Origin: an uncultured delta proteobacterium
GTDB lineage: Bacteria; Desulfobacterota; Syntrophia; Syntrophales; UBA2185
Assembly: GCA_963729715.1 (NCBI GenBank)
Contig: CAVSPA010000007.1
Location: 160,001 to 224,000, forward strand
DNA length: 64,000 nucleotides
Direction: 5' to 3'
The notes beneath the pieces are model-generated. The model was given only the letters and a program-made list of their open reading frames with translations, made no database searches and was not told the DNA's origin. Position 1 is the stretch's first letter. Each line of letters begins with the position of its first letter. The translations under genes were made by a program, and so were the position numbers. Positions 1 to 11,580 of this stretch are shown here, one piece after another.

Positions 1-558
1 ACGGGCACAACTGCCGCTCACGGAGAGCAAGATAGTACCGAGTAAACGTCCCACTGTCGAAATGCCCAGGAAATGCCACGTCTTCATGTGGCTCATACCC
101 ATTATGTAGCATAGATAGTCTTTCGGAAAACCGGGGATCAGAAACAAAAGGAAAGAAACGAAGAGACCGCGGTGCTCCAGAAAGTAATCGTACTTTTCAA
201 TTACCGCGGGCTTCACCGCCTTTTCCACAAGGGGCAAACCAAAGAACCTGGCCAGTGCAAAGGCGATCCAGGAACCGATGGTAAGACCAATGGTGGAATA
301 AACCGTACCCAGGCAGGCGCCGTAGATATATCCGCCGATAAGACCGGTTACTTCGCCGGGTATCGGGGCTGCTACCACCTGCAGGATCTGAAGGCCAATG
401 AAGATGAGTTCATCATACGGATGAAAGGACTCAATGAGCGTGATCATTCTTCGCTGACTCGCGAAGTATATATACAGGTCGTAGTGGAGAAAGAGATAGG
501 TGGAGAGAATTATGAATACGAGAAGGATTAAGACTCTGAGGACAAGACGTCCGTTCAT
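1..558 (-). CDS. TVP38/TMEM64 (VTT/DedA-superfamily) membrane protein, runs off the window start
   Basis: Not in ORF track. Manual translation from ATG at 558 gives MNGRLVLRVLILL...LQILQVVAAPIPGEVTGLIGGYIYG...FLIPGFPKDYLCYIMG..., open to base 1, with motifs typical of the VTT family. Confidence 0.85.
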   Translation of the reverse strand, partial: MNGRLVLRVLILLVFIILSTYLFLHYDLYIYFASQRRMITLIESFHPYDELIFIGLQILQVVAAPIPGEVTGLIGGYIYGACLGTVYSTIGLTIGSWIAFALARFFGLPLVEKAVKPAVIEKYDYFLEHRGLFVSFLLFLIPGFPKDYLCYIMGMSHMKTWHFLGISTVGRLLGTILLSVSGSCAR

Positions 559-580
559 CAAAGGGATCCGGTGAGGTTGT

Positions 581-781
581 TCATTCCTTCTTATCTTCTA
601 TCTTCTTGCCTTCGGAAGAATTTCCCGGCTTCTCGTCCGGCTCCGCCATCGCCTTCTTGAAGCCTTTGATGGCCTTGCCGATGGAGCTTCCCAGTTCAGG
701 AAGTTTTCCCGGCCCGAAGATAATCAGAACGATCACCAATATCACCAGAAGATGCATTGGTTGAAATAGACCCTCAAACAT
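581..781 (-). CDS. tatA: Twin-arginine translocase TatA/TatE subunit
   Basis: N-terminal TM helix, FGPGKLPELGSSIGKAIKGFKKAM signature, GGAGG RBS. Confidence 0.95.
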   Translation of the reverse strand: MFEGLFQPMHLLVILVIVLIIFGPGKLPELGSSIGKAIKGFKKAMAEPDEKPGNSSEGKKIEDKKE

Positions 782-944
782 GGTCTTGGCCTCCTAATTC
801 GGTTTAAATGATCCTATTGGGGAATCCTGGCCACGGTAGCGAATAGAAACAATAGGTTGCTATCTATGCTCACACTTTTCATTGGATGTCCAGAGTTATT
901 CACTGGTGCGGATAAACGGCCCGACGTGTGCCGTGAGCCCTGGC

Positions 945-1625
945 TCATTTGCGGAGGGATCCTGAGCTTAGCCTTTGAAGTTCTTCGTCTATTGCCTCTA
1001 TCTCTTTGGGATCCTGCGAATGGTCTCTCAAGGTAGTCAAATAAGCTAGGGCTGATTCCCTATCTCCGAGATTCCGCTTTAAAGCTGCAGGCAGTATCTT
1101 TACGATCGGAGGGGCAGAGGGCGAATGTGCAGCCTTCAGTGCGTAGTGATACGCAAGGTCGTTATCCTTAAATTTGATTTTCGCCACATATGAGACCTGC
1201 CAGGGAAGCTTCCAGTCATCGGGAAATTTGTCCTGCGCTTCTTCTAAGTAATTGAAGATCAATCGTCCATCGGAATCTGTCCTGTAGCTCATATGATAGA
1301 CGGCAAAGAAAAAAGGACCTTTGTTGTAAGGATCGAGCCTCGTGATCACACGCATGTAAGACAACAGACCCCTGTAGTCCCACTCATAACAATCAGCGGG
1401 GACGGCAGGAAGAAGGTAGAGGGAGAGGAGTAGGCTCGCGAATCTATCCTGATCAAGGGATATAAACTTCATCCAGGAAAGATTCAGTTTGGGAACCACC
1501 TTGTACTGATTTTTTGTTTCACCGCCCCTCCATCCCACATCCACAAGAAAGGCATGAAGAGCCAAGAGGATCAGAAGCGCACACGGCACAAGAATTTTTT
1601 TGAAAATGTCCTTTCTCGCAGACAT
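945..1625 (-). CDS. Membrane-anchored TPR-like helical protein (PilG/XapA-like), third gene of the ABC module
   Basis: N-terminal hydrophobic helix and helical repeats (RLDPY, KFPDDWKLP). Abuts the permease gene. Confidence 0.55.
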   Translation of the reverse strand: MSARKDIFKKILVPCALLILLALHAFLVDVGWRGGETKNQYKVVPKLNLSWMKFISLDQDRFASLLLSLYLLPAVPADCYEWDYRGLLSYMRVITRLDPYNKGPFFFAVYHMSYRTDSDGRLIFNYLEEAQDKFPDDWKLPWQVSYVAKIKFKDNDLAYHYALKAAHSPSAPPIVKILPAALKRNLGDRESALAYLTTLRDHSQDPKEIEAIDEELQRLSSGSLRK

Positions 1626-2393
1626 TTAAAAATCCCTCTTCCTGATATCGATGACAATTACAAGAAAGAGAATGGCAAGATAAAGGACGGCATAGCCAGC
1701 TGGAAAAAGGATATCGGTCCAGGAGACCGGCCCCTGTTCCAGTACAGCCGCCTGCGCGCTAAAGAGGCTGAGAGAAGGAAAGAGATAATAGAAAATCTTG
1801 AGGGCGGGAACCCAAGCGGAAGCCATATGGGTCCCGATGTCAACCATCTTTTTTGTGCTGTGTCCTATTATATAAAAACCGGCGACCCCGAGAAGGGAAG
1901 ACGGAAGGGATCGCAATCCAAGCGTAATAGTGAGGGCAGCCATAATCATTACCAGTTGTTCAAAAAGACAGAGAATGTAATGAACGGCAAGGGGTTTTGC
2001 AGGCCCCACCCCCAGTATGAGAGCGCCTGCAAAAAAGATAGTAATTATTCCTGCGGAAATCAGGGAAAAGGCCATGAATTTGCCAAGAATATATTCATGC
2101 CTTGCTAATGGTTTCGTAATCACCATGTAAATTGCATTTGAATCAATCTCACGATGCATTGAACTTACGACAAGGAGGACAATAAAAACAGCAGCGGCCA
2201 AGGCAGTAAGGGCAATGTATGACCGGTTAAAGGCTTCTGCTCCGGCGACTATACTGGTTTCTCTCATAAAGAAGGTAAAGGCAATTACGAAGAGCATTAA
2301 TGGTACGAATCCCCAGACTAGTCTGTCCCTCCTTGCCTCTTGCAGAGTGTAGATGGCCACGATGCCTATTCTGCTCATAGGAGAACCGCCCAT
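1626..2393 (-). CDS. ABC-2 type transporter permease
   Basis: About 6 TM segments and the REIDSNAIYMVITKPLARHEYILGKF motif. Confidence 0.85.
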   Translation of the reverse strand: MGGSPMSRIGIVAIYTLQEARRDRLVWGFVPLMLFVIAFTFFMRETSIVAGAEAFNRSYIALTALAAAVFIVLLVVSSMHREIDSNAIYMVITKPLARHEYILGKFMAFSLISAGIITIFFAGALILGVGPAKPLAVHYILCLFEQLVMIMAALTITLGLRSLPSSLLGVAGFYIIGHSTKKMVDIGTHMASAWVPALKIFYYLFPSLSLFSAQAAVLEQGPVSWTDILFPAGYAVLYLAILFLVIVIDIRKRDF

Positions 2394-2396
2394 TTT

Positions 2397-3116
2397 TTAT
2401 TGCGCCCGGTGTGAATGGATAACGTAAAGAAATGCATCCTCGAGGGTACAACCGCCATATGACCTCAATTCTTCCGGCTTGCCGTCGAAGAGCTTCCTCC
2501 CTTCATGCATGATAACCAATCTGTCGGCTACTTCTTCAAGGTCCGTCAATATGTGTGAAGAAAAAAAGAGTGTCTTGCCTTTTTTATGAAGCGTGCCGAA
2601 TGCGTCTTTAACAACGGCCCGCGCTTCCGGATCGAGTCCGCTCAAGGGTTCGTCGAGGATGACGATTTCTGTATCCGGCAGCATGGCCGCAAGCAAGCCG
2701 AGTTTCTGACTCATGCCCTTTGAATAGGTTCTTATCGGCCGTGACAATACATTCACTTGCAGTTCAAGTGTGTCGGCGAAATCGTCAATCTCGCTATGAT
2801 TCAAACTCCCGCCGCAAAGGCGCATCATGTAAGAAACAAAGTCATACCCAGTGAGATAAAGAGGCGGGGAAAAATCCTCGGGCAGAAAAGACGTGCTTAA
2901 TCTCGCCATCCTGTCAGTGGCTGCCAGGTCATTTATCCGCACATCTCCATCGAAGTTGATAATAAGCCCGACAATTGTTTTCAAGAGCGTAGTTTTCCCT
3001 GCGCCATTAAGACCTACGAGGCCGACAGATTCGCCGGTCGGGATGTTCAGGTTGATATCCGAAAGGGCTTCCGTCTTTCCGTAAAATTTGGATAAATTTT
3101 TAATTGTTATGGACAT
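2397..3116 (-). CDS. ABC transporter ATP-binding protein
   Basis: Walker A GLNGAGKTT, signature YSKGM, Walker B ILDEP, H-loop SSH. Confidence 0.95.
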   Translation of the reverse strand: MSITIKNLSKFYGKTEALSDINLNIPTGESVGLVGLNGAGKTTLLKTIVGLIINFDGDVRINDLAATDRMARLSTSFLPEDFSPPLYLTGYDFVSYMMRLCGGSLNHSEIDDFADTLELQVNVLSRPIRTYSKGMSQKLGLLAAMLPDTEIVILDEPLSGLDPEARAVVKDAFGTLHKKGKTLFFSSHILTDLEEVADRLVIMHEGRKLFDGKPEELRSYGGCTLEDAFLYVIHSHRAQ

Positions 3117-3328
3117 AATTGAAATTAGTCAGGCGGGATAGAGTGTTTCCTGTTCTTCATCCATTCACACATGTGAACCGCATTTTTATGTAAAAAAGTT
3201 GGCCTTGTCAAGTTTTTGTAATTCTAATCTTCTTGTCTTGCCGTTTATGTTAGTATATAAACTCTGAAACTGAAAAGTTTACTTCCTTATTTGTTATTTC
3301 GGAATCAATTCACCAGGAGAGATATAAA

Positions 3329-5380
3329 ATGGCCGACGATAAATCATTTGAAGAAAAATGCATAAACACAATACGCTTTCTCGCTGCCGATGCTGTGGAA
3401 AAGGCCAAATCTGGGCATCCCGGAATGCCCATGGGTGCGGCGGCAATGGCCTACACACTCTGGATGCGACATTTGAAACACAATCCTGCCAACCCCATGT
3501 GGAGCGACCGGGACCGCTTTGTTCTTTCCGCAGGGCATGCCTCGATGCTTCTCTATGCCATGTTGCATCTGACTGGCTATGATCTTTCCCTCTCCGACCT
3601 TCAGTCATTTCGCCAGTGGGAGAGCAAAACACCCGGCCACCCGGAACGCCACTGTGCGTGCGGCGTCGAGGTAACCACAGGCCCCCTCGGTCAGGGCCTC
3701 AGCAACGCCGTCGGTATGGCTCTTGCGGAAGCGCACCTTGCAGCGAGATATAATCGACCCGGCCATAAGATCGTCGACCACTTCACATACGTCTTTGCGA
3801 GCGATGGCGATCTCATGGAGGGCGTCACTTCTGAGGCATGTTCGCTGGCCGGGCATCTCGGCCTCGGAAAGCTCGTGGTCCTCTATGACGACAACCGCAT
3901 TTCTCTTGCCGGAACGACATCACTCACTTTTACCGAAGATGCGGGAAAGCGGTTCAAGGCATATGGCTGGCACGTCCTCCATGTGGAAGATGGGAATGAT
4001 GTTTCCGCAATTGATCGTGCCGTAAGGAAGGTAAAGACTCAAAAGTCGCGCCCTTCGATTATTTTCGTTCGGACCACGATAGGTTATGGTGCACCCCACA
4101 AACAGGGAACATTTGAAGCCCACGGTTCACCCCTCGGGGGAGAGGAGCTCCTGGCAGCCAAGAAGGCCTTAGGCTGGCCTGCGGAGCTTGCCTTTTACAT
4201 CCCTGATGATGTCCTCACCTTCTACCGCAAATCTATGGACCGCGGTCGTTCGCGGGGGAATAAATGGAAACGATCTTTCAAAAAATATGGCGCAGAATTC
4301 CCCGACCTGTCCGCTGAATTCCTGCGCATCATGAAAGGAGAACTCCCCGAAGGTTGGGAAGCAAAGCTGCCCGTATATCCGGAGGGCTCCAAGGATGTGG
4401 CAACGCGCAAGGCATCGGAGAGCGTCATGCAGAGTCTCGCCCCAGTCCTGCCGGAACTCATGGGAGGGTCGGCAGACCTCAACCCTTCGACCTTCACCTG
4501 GCTCAAGGGGTTCGGCGATTTTCAGAAGCCCGACGGTCCGGCAGACAGGCAAGGCGCTGTCGGCACTGAGTGGAATTACGCAGGACGCAATATTCATTTC
4601 GGCGTGCGCGAGCATGCCATGGGCGCCATTGCTTCCGGCATGGCGATCCACGGTGGGTTCATTCCGTATACAGCCACGTTCCTCACCTTCTCCGATTACA
4701 TGCGTCCGCCCATGCGTCTGGCCGCCCTTATGGGCCTGCGGGTCATCTACGTCTTTACGCATGACAGCATCGGCCTCGGCGAAGACGGGCCCACGCATCA
4801 GCCTATCGAGCATGTGATGAATCTGCGCGCCGTGCCGAATATGACTGTGATCCGTCCTGCCGACGCAGGCGAGGCAGTCGAGGCATGGAAGGCCGCGCTT
4901 CTCAAGGATGACGGCCCTACGACGCTGATATTTACACGCCAGAATCTCCCTGTACTCAACAGAACCGAGCTGTCACCCGCCGCCGGTCTCCAGCGCGGCG
5001 GCTATATCCTCTGGGAATCCGCTCCTGGTAATCCGGATGTCATTCTGATCGGAACCGGGTCGGAAGTACCGATCGCGCTCGAAGCGGGAAGAAGACTATC
5101 GTCCGAGGGTCTTCGGGTAAGGGTCGTGTCTCTCCCGAGCTGGAGGATGTTCGATCGTCAACCGTCTGAATACCGCAATCATGTGCTGCCTCCGGACGTC
5201 AAAGTCAGAGTCGCCGTGGAGGCCGGAATAAAACTTGGCTGGGAGCACTACGTGGGACTCGGTGGCGCAGTCGTGGGAATGGACAGCTTCGGCGCCAGCG
5301 CTCCGTATAAGGTTCTCTACGAAAAATTCGGTATCACCGCAGAGCACGTTGCTCAGGCTGCAAAGGCATTAATGAAGTGA
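3329..5380 (+). CDS. tkt: Transketolase
   Basis: [25 protein letters not shown] motif, [16 protein letters not shown]. Confidence 0.97.
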   Translation: MADDKSFEEKCINTIRFLAADAVEKAKSGHPGMPMGAAAMAYTLWMRHLKHNPANPMWSDRDRFVLSAGHASMLLYAMLHLTGYDLSLSDLQSFRQWESKTPGHPERHCACGVEVTTGPLGQGLSNAVGMALAEAHLAARYNRPGHKIVDHFTYVFASDGDLMEGVTSEACSLAGHLGLGKLVVLYDDNRISLAGTTSLTFTEDAGKRFKAYGWHVLHVEDGNDVSAIDRAVRKVKTQKSRPSIIFVRTTIGYGAPHKQGTFEAHGSPLGGEELLAAKKALGWPAELAFYIPDDVLTFYRKSMDRGRSRGNKWKRSFKKYGAEFPDLSAEFLRIMKGELPEGWEAKLPVYPEGSKDVATRKASESVMQSLAPVLPELMGGSADLNPSTFTWLKGFGDFQKPDGPADRQGAVGTEWNYAGRNIHFGVREHAMGAIASGMAIHGGFIPYTATFLTFSDYMRPPMRLAALMGLRVIYVFTHDSIGLGEDGPTHQPIEHVMNLRAVPNMTVIRPADAGEAVEAWKAALLKDDGPTTLIFTRQNLPVLNRTELSPAAGLQRGGYILWESAPGNPDVILIGTGSEVPIALEAGRRLSSEGLRVRVVSLPSWRMFDRQPSEYRNHVLPPDVKVRVAVEAGIKLGWEHYVGLGGAVVGMDSFGASAPYKVLYEKFGITAEHVAQAAKALMK

Positions 5381-5507
5381 AGCCTTCCGCGCGGGCCTTT
5401 GTCCGTGAGCCCGCCGCACTCCGGGACACCCTTTCCCGGACCGGATGCACGGACATAAATGTGAACGCTGATCTTATTTTTGCATTGGTATTTGAGAGGT
5501 TTCCCAT

Positions 5508-6389
5508 ATGATAATGCTGCGCCGCTGCCGTTTGATCTTCCTCCTCGTATTGCCCGTTATTTTGCTCGGCATCGCCTGGCCCTCGGCGGGTTATTCATCG
5601 ACACTCTATGAGCGGTCGCTACAGAAACTGGAAGAAAATCTTAAAACTGCGCCTCCCGATGATTTTATGTTCGTCGTTATGGGGGACAGCAGGGACAGTG
5701 ACGAGATATTCAAGAAAATACTCACTGCCGCAGCCAAACTGAAGCCGCTTTTCATCCTGCACGGAGGAGATACGGTCTTCACGGGCAGGGGAAAAAAGTT
5801 TAACCGCTTTCTCGACATCGTGGAGAGCACATTGCAGGACACGCCGATCTTTGTGGTCATCGGCAACCATGAACTGACGAACAACATCAACAGTCCGCAC
5901 GGCAAACAAATGTTCCAGGAGAAGATCGGCCCGCTGAATTATGCTTTGGATTTGAAGAAGCTGAGCATGCGGATTGTCGCCCTCGACGACTCAGTGTATG
6001 AGCTGATTCCGACACAGCTGCAATACCTCGAGGATCAACTAACGGCAAAGAGGAAATATAAATTTGTAATTATGCATATACCGCCGGAAACACAGAAATG
6101 GCAGCACAACCACTGTTTTATAAAAGGGGCAGACAGGCTCAAACAGATCATGGCGGAGAAAAAGGTCTCAGTCGCTTTTTTCAGCCACCTTCATATCTAC
6201 GCTCAGGATGAGGTGAAGGGCGTGAAATACATAATCACCGGGGGCGCGGCGGCGCCTCTCTATATGAGTGTTCCCTTCGGCGAGCATTCATATCATTTCA
6301 TTGTCGTCAGAGTGAAGGACGGCAAGGTATCAACAGAAGTCATTCGCATTAACTCGGATGTTGAGGAAAGTCCTTTGTCCATGGAATAA
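5508..6389 (+). CDS. Secreted calcineurin-like metallophosphoesterase
   Basis: Signal peptide and GDSR, GGD, GNHE, MHIP, SHLH metal motifs. Confidence 0.85.
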   Translation: MIMLRRCRLIFLLVLPVILLGIAWPSAGYSSTLYERSLQKLEENLKTAPPDDFMFVVMGDSRDSDEIFKKILTAAAKLKPLFILHGGDTVFTGRGKKFNRFLDIVESTLQDTPIFVVIGNHELTNNINSPHGKQMFQEKIGPLNYALDLKKLSMRIVALDDSVYELIPTQLQYLEDQLTAKRKYKFVIMHIPPETQKWQHNHCFIKGADRLKQIMAEKKVSVAFFSHLHIYAQDEVKGVKYIITGGAAAPLYMSVPFGEHSYHFIVVRVKDGKVSTEVIRINSDVEESPLSME

Positions 6390-6403
6390 AGGGAACGTCA
6401 TTT

Positions 6404-8518
6404 ATGTCCAGCTCGGAAGATGCATCCGGAAATATTCCCAACCGTCTGATTAATGAGAAGAGCCCATATCTTCTCCAGCACGCCTACAATCCCGTTGACT
6501 GGTACCCATGGTGCGCGGAGGCATTCGATAAGGCCCGTACAGAGGATAAACCCGTTTTTCTCTCCATAGGGTATTCGACCTGCCACTGGTGCCACGTCAT
6601 GGCCCATGAATCTTTTGAAGATCCGGAAATCGCAAGACTCCTCAATGAGGTTTTCGTCTGCATCAAGGTCGATCGTGAAGAGCGGCCGGACATCGACAAG
6701 GTTTACATGAACGCCTGTCAGATGATGACGGGAGCCGTAGGGTGGCCGCTCACCATTATGATGACGCCCGACAGGCAACCTTTTTTCGCTGCCACCTATA
6801 TTCCGAGGGAAAGCGGTTTCGGCAGGATCGGACTGCTCGACATGATCCCGAGGATCAAGGAGATATGGAAAGAACGTCATCATGACATTTTGAAATCGGC
6901 AGATGAGATAGCATCCTCCATGCGGCAAAAGACAACGGGGACGCCGGGCGGAGCGTTGTCGAAAGATACTATCCGTAAGGCATACGAAGGGCTCGCGGGG
7001 CTCTATGATGACAAATATGGAGGATTCGGCCAGGCGCCTAAATTTCCCATTTCCCACCAGCTGCTCTTTCTTATGCGTTACTGGAACTGGAGCGGTGAAA
7101 CGAAGGTGTTGGAGATGGTTGTAAAGACGCTTCATGCCATGCGCTCCGGTGGTATTTATGATCATGTCGGCTTCGGCTTCCACCGGTACAGCACCGATAA
7201 ACGATGGCTCGTACCCCATTTTGAAAAGATGCTCTATGACCAGGCATTGCTGGCCATGGCATATACGGAGGCGTACCAGGCGACGGGAGACGAATTCTTC
7301 AAGAGAACGGCATGTGAAATATTCACTTATGTACTCAGAGATATGAAGGCGCGGTCAGGCGCTTTCTACTCGGCAGAGGATGCGGACAGCGAGGGCGAAG
7401 AGGGGAAATTCTACTTCTGGACACAAAACGAGATCAGAAGGTTGCTGGGACCAGCCGAAGCGAAACTGGTAATGAAGGTGTTTGAGGTGGATAAGGCGGG
7501 GAATTTTGTCGATCCACAAACGGAAGAAAGAACGGGCCAGAATATTCTTCACATGAAGAAGCCCGCCCACGAACTTGCTTCATCTCTCGGGATTTCCGAA
7601 GATACGCTGCGCAAGAGGCTCTCTGCCGCAAGGCTTGCGCTGTTTTCAGCCCGTGACAGGCGCGTCCGTCCCTACAAAGATGATAAGATACTCACGGACT
7701 GGAACGGCCTCATGATAGCTGCCCTGGCAAAAGGGGCGCAGGTCTTTATGGACAAGGTTTACCTTACGGCGGCGCAAAAAGCCGTCAGGTTCATCATGGA
7801 TAATATGCGCGAAATCGATGGAAGGCTTTTTCATAGGCACCGCGAGGGAGAGTCTGCCATCATGGCCAATCTCGATGATTATGCCTTTTTGATCTGGGGA
7901 CTGATAGAGTGTTACGAGGCGTCATTTGATGCTTCATTTCTGAAGACGGCATTGAGGCTGCAGGCGGACTTAACGAAACACTTCTGGGACAGGGAACATG
8001 GCGGCTACTATTTCACGCCCGATGACGGTGAAGACCTGATCGTCCGCGATAAAGAGAGCTATGACGGCGCCATTCCCTCGGGAAACTCGGTGGCCATGTT
8101 AAATCTCGTCCGTCTTTCCAGACTGACGGGAAACATAGAGTTGGAAGCACAGTCCGTGGAGATCAGCCGCACACTTGCGGCTTCAGTCGGACGCGTGCCC
8201 GTGGGTCATACCCAGTTTATGGTGGCTCTCGGCTTTTTGCTCTACCCCTCTTATGAAATCGTGATTGCCGGCAGACCCGAAGCGGACGATACGGAGCAAA
8301 TGTTGCGCGGGCTGAGAGAGCATTTTTCCCCCAACGCAGTTATTATTCTCAGGTCTGCCGATGATGAATCCTCTGATATAATCAACATGGCGCCTTTTAC
8401 GAAAGACCTTAAACCCATAAAGAATAAGGCCACGGCCTATGTCTGCGCCAATTTTGCATGTCACAGCCCGACGACCGACGTGGCCGAGATGCTCAGGCTC
8501 TTGGCCATACAGGAATAA
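6404..8518 (+). CDS. Thioredoxin-domain protein of the YyaL/SSP411 family
   Basis: [37 protein letters not shown]. Confidence 0.93.
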   Translation: MSSSEDASGNIPNRLINEKSPYLLQHAYNPVDWYPWCAEAFDKARTEDKPVFLSIGYSTCHWCHVMAHESFEDPEIARLLNEVFVCIKVDREERPDIDKVYMNACQMMTGAVGWPLTIMMTPDRQPFFAATYIPRESGFGRIGLLDMIPRIKEIWKERHHDILKSADEIASSMRQKTTGTPGGALSKDTIRKAYEGLAGLYDDKYGGFGQAPKFPISHQLLFLMRYWNWSGETKVLEMVVKTLHAMRSGGIYDHVGFGFHRYSTDKRWLVPHFEKMLYDQALLAMAYTEAYQATGDEFFKRTACEIFTYVLRDMKARSGAFYSAEDADSEGEEGKFYFWTQNEIRRLLGPAEAKLVMKVFEVDKAGNFVDPQTEERTGQNILHMKKPAHELASSLGISEDTLRKRLSAARLALFSARDRRVRPYKDDKILTDWNGLMIAALAKGAQVFMDKVYLTAAQKAVRFIMDNMREIDGRLFHRHREGESAIMANLDDYAFLIWGLIECYEASFDASFLKTALRLQADLTKHFWDREHGGYYFTPDDGEDLIVRDKESYDGAIPSGNSVAMLNLVRLSRLTGNIELEAQSVEISRTLAASVGRVPVGHTQFMVALGFLLYPSYEIVIAGRPEADDTEQMLRGLREHFSPNAVIILRSADDESSDIINMAPFTKDLKPIKNKATAYVCANFACHSPTTDVAEMLRLLAIQE

Positions 8519-8560
8519 TATTCTGACAGGTTGTTCTTCTTTGCAGGACCGGAGGTTTGA

Positions 8561-8953
8561 ATGACTAATACATCGGAAAGAAAAATAATAAGCACTCCCA
8601 ATGCCCCAAAAGCAATCGGCCCTTATGCGCAGGCAGTAAGGTACGGCGATCTGCTGTTTGTTTCGGGGATGATTCCCATTGATCCCAAGACGGGTGAATT
8701 ATTAACGGGGAATTTCGCGGCCGAGGTGACGTTGGTTCTCGAAAATCTCAAGGCCGTAGTTGAGGCAAGCGGCATGAGCCTGAAGAATGTCCTGAAAACA
8801 TCAGTCTTCCTCAAAGACCTCGCACTCTTCGGAAAATTCAACGATATCTACACAAGATATTTCGGCGACGTCCTCCCCGCGCGGGAGACTATTCAAGTGG
8901 CCCAATTGCCGAGGGATGCGTCAATTGAGATTTCCATAATCTGCGGGAAGTGA
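8561..8953 (+). CDS. ridA: RidA family enamine/imine deaminase
   Basis: APKAIGPYAQA, VSGMIP, PAR, LPRDASIEI. Confidence 0.9.
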   Translation: MTNTSERKIISTPNAPKAIGPYAQAVRYGDLLFVSGMIPIDPKTGELLTGNFAAEVTLVLENLKAVVEASGMSLKNVLKTSVFLKDLALFGKFNDIYTRYFGDVLPARETIQVAQLPRDASIEISIICGK

Positions 8954-8986
8954 CAAAGGCAAAATACAGTTCGTAAGATCTTACCA

Positions 8987-9874
8987 ATGGCAAAGAGATT
9001 AAAAGATTTGATCAGGGCATTGCCACAGTTCTTCGCTTTCCTGTTCAGGGTAATGCGCGGCTTCAGACAGAACCAAGGCATGCTGCTCTCCGGCGCCATT
9101 GCCTTTTACACCCTTCTCTCGATCGCTCCCCTGTCGATACTCACCCTGATTGTTCTTTCGCATTTTGTACAAGAGGAGCAATTGTTCCTCACCTTGTCGA
9201 CATACCTGGAGATGGCGATGCCGGGATACGCTTCCACGCTGATAGAACAGGTGCGGACATTTTTTGCACACCGCAAAGTAATCGGAGTTATCGGTATTCT
9301 TATCATGTTGTTTTTTAGCTCCGCTGCCTTTACGGTGCTTGAGAATGCGATCTCGGTAATATTTCACCACCGCATCAAGATCCAGCGCCGCCACTTTATC
9401 ATCTCCGCCATCATTCCTTACGTATACATCCTCTTAATCGGACTCGGCATATTCTTTGTGTCATTCTTTGCGGGCGCATTTGAGGCCATAGAAAGCAGGC
9501 ACTTCATACTCTTGGGATGGAATTGGAGCTTTGAAGGCACGTCGAGGATTGTATTCTATTGGTCAGGGTTGATTGGCGAAGTGCTCATGTTTACATCTCT
9601 ATATCTCGTCATGCCTGTTGGACGGATAACTTTCCGCCACGCACTCCTGGGAGGATTGGCCGCCACGATCCTTTGGGAGATAACCCGTCGCATCGTCGTC
9701 TGGTATTATAAATCAGTATCCTTCGTAAATATAATTTACGGCTCCCTGGCCTCAACAGTAGTATTTCTTCTCAGTGTGGAGGCAGCAGCGATAATCCTGC
9801 TCTTGGGAGCCCAGGTTATTGCAGAGCTCGAAAGCAAACCTGATGATATTAAGGAAGACCATTTCCGGTTTTGA
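8987..9874 (+). CDS. YihY/BrkB family membrane protein
   Basis: AIAFYTLLSIAP and IYGSLAS motifs, multi-pass TM. Confidence 0.88.
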   Translation: MAKRLKDLIRALPQFFAFLFRVMRGFRQNQGMLLSGAIAFYTLLSIAPLSILTLIVLSHFVQEEQLFLTLSTYLEMAMPGYASTLIEQVRTFFAHRKVIGVIGILIMLFFSSAAFTVLENAISVIFHHRIKIQRRHFIISAIIPYVYILLIGLGIFFVSFFAGAFEAIESRHFILLGWNWSFEGTSRIVFYWSGLIGEVLMFTSLYLVMPVGRITFRHALLGGLAATILWEITRRIVVWYYKSVSFVNIIYGSLASTVVFLLSVEAAAIILLLGAQVIAELESKPDDIKEDHFRF

Positions 9875-9903
9875 GAAGGCCCTTATCGCAAGGAGGCCCA
9901 CAT

Positions 9904-10308
9904 ATGAAGACAATAAAGTTTGCCATCATTCTCTCAATGCTGATTTCCTTACTGACCTTTATCACATCGTGCGCGTCAGTAACACGAGGCACCATTAGCT
10001 CGACAACGAGTTACGAGCGAGTATTCAACGCGTGCATCGAGAGCGCGAGTGACGTTAAGTTCATGGTCTATGACAGCAACATGGAAGCAGGATTTATCTA
10101 TGCCGTATATCCAGGGACACTGGGCGGCATGGTTCAAATGAATATCAACGTCACCAAGGCGGCAGGGGAGATAAAGGTTACGATTGCAGTCGCGCTGCCG
10201 CCGGACGTGGTCGGGAGTTCCAAGTCGACTGTAAATGATTTTGCCAAGGCGCTTAAAAGAAGAATCCCCGATGTGAAGGTTGAATCAATAGAACAGAAAT
10301 ATTCTTAA
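9904..10308 (+). CDS. Hypothetical lipoprotein
   Basis: AGGAGG RBS before ATG 9904. Signal peptide with lipobox ITSC. Confidence 0.7.
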   Translation: MKTIKFAIILSMLISLLTFITSCASVTRGTISSTTSYERVFNACIESASDVKFMVYDSNMEAGFIYAVYPGTLGGMVQMNINVTKAAGEIKVTIAVALPPDVVGSSKSTVNDFAKALKRRIPDVKVESIEQKYS

Positions 10309-10690
10309 AATAGAAGACCTATGAAAGGGTCCGATGCCATCGAATCGATCGGACCCGAAAGCAAGGCCGAAGATAAGGGCAAGGAGCATTTCAGATTTTA
10401 GGAAGCGCCGTTATTGTAACGGCCTATGACAATTGCTTCTTAGCTTCTTAGAAAATTCTAATTGGGACTGATTCCTTCCTTGTTTATCCACAAATCGTTA
10501 ACCTTGTTGAAGATGCAAGACTTGAACCCATAATCATTGATATTCTGTCCAAAATAAAAGTGATATAAGTATGTAATTGAAATGCTGTGGAACGGCCGTG
10601 AAGCAGACGGCTAACGGATAAAAAACGTAAACTATAGAGAAAAACCGGTCGGTTGACCATTATACAATAGTTAGATTCGAAGAGCAGCAT

Positions 10691-10987
10691 ATGGAATTCA
10701 CTTTTACATTTATCCGACTATTATTTTTAGGCATCTATTTGACCGCACCGTTGATTCTGGTTTTATGTTTGTTTATTGTCGTCCTCGGTATAATAGTCGT
10801 TCGCATTGAAGGTTGGTCTAAATTTGACGCGGTATATTGGTCATTAATAATCGCGCTGACGGTTGGCTTCGGTGACATTCGACCTTTAAAGAGGCATTCA
10901 AAAATGTTAGCAATAGTAATTACATCGGCAGGAGTTATGTTCTCTGGATTACAGGATATTCAAATAATGAGAGAAATAACCAAATAG
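10691..10987 (+). CDS. Small two-TM potassium-channel-family protein, possibly C-terminally degenerate
   Basis: WSKFDAVYWSLIIALTVGFGDIRP pore motif. AT-rich. Confidence 0.7.
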   Translation: MEFTFTFIRLLFLGIYLTAPLILVLCLFIVVLGIIVVRIEGWSKFDAVYWSLIIALTVGFGDIRPLKRHSKMLAIVITSAGVMFSGLQDIQIMREITK

Positions 10988-11353
10988 AATCGTATAACAT
11001 TTGCATTCACCAGCCGGCAAGAATGCGCGGCGGCTTAAGGGGCGAGTTCAATCGCGTAGCTCTGATGCAGGTCTTCTAATCACTTTCAAATCGTAATTCA
11101 CATCATTTCTTTTAGTTCCGCATGCTTGACTTGTAGTCAACTAATTATCATTTCTTCTTTCCTAAAGTCTTGATTTTTCTATTTTACCATTTTGTGTTAT
11201 ATTACAGCTAGAAACAAACTAAAATGGCCCCCATAGGAGCCCTCATAACAGTAGAACTCAAACGATGAATGCGGAACATGTGCTAGAGTCAGATCAGTCG
11301 ATCACAAGGTTGAATAGAGCGTTCGGGAATGTGGATAGGGGGGAATAGGGATC

Positions 11354-11554
11354 ATGAAATGTAACGTGGGGCGAACCGATAGAATATTCAGGATCATCTT
11401 AGGGGTCGTCATCATCTTGGCGGGTATCTATTTCAAAAGCTGGTGGGGCGCTGTTGGCCTTCTTCCTATCGTGACCGGTTCTATCAGATGGTGTCCGGCA
11501 TACGTTCCATTTGGATGGTCAACATGTAAAGAAGTAAAAGACAAGTTAGATTAA
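11354..11554 (+). CDS. DUF2892/YgaP-like small membrane protein
   Basis: NVGRTDRIFRII...WCPAY motif. Confidence 0.88.
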   Translation: MKCNVGRTDRIFRIILGVVIILAGIYFKSWWGAVGLLPIVTGSIRWCPAYVPFGWSTCKEVKDKLD

Positions 11555-11580
11555 CTTGCTGTCGCTAAGGGGGAATCAAA

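Noticed and set aside
172..531. Plus-strand 119-aa ORF
   Set aside because: Antisense shadow of the TVP38/TMEM64 gene on the minus strand.
10484..10492. Perfect DnaA box TTATCCACA, possible origin
   Set aside because: Isolated. No box cluster and no dnaA/dnaN/gidA context.
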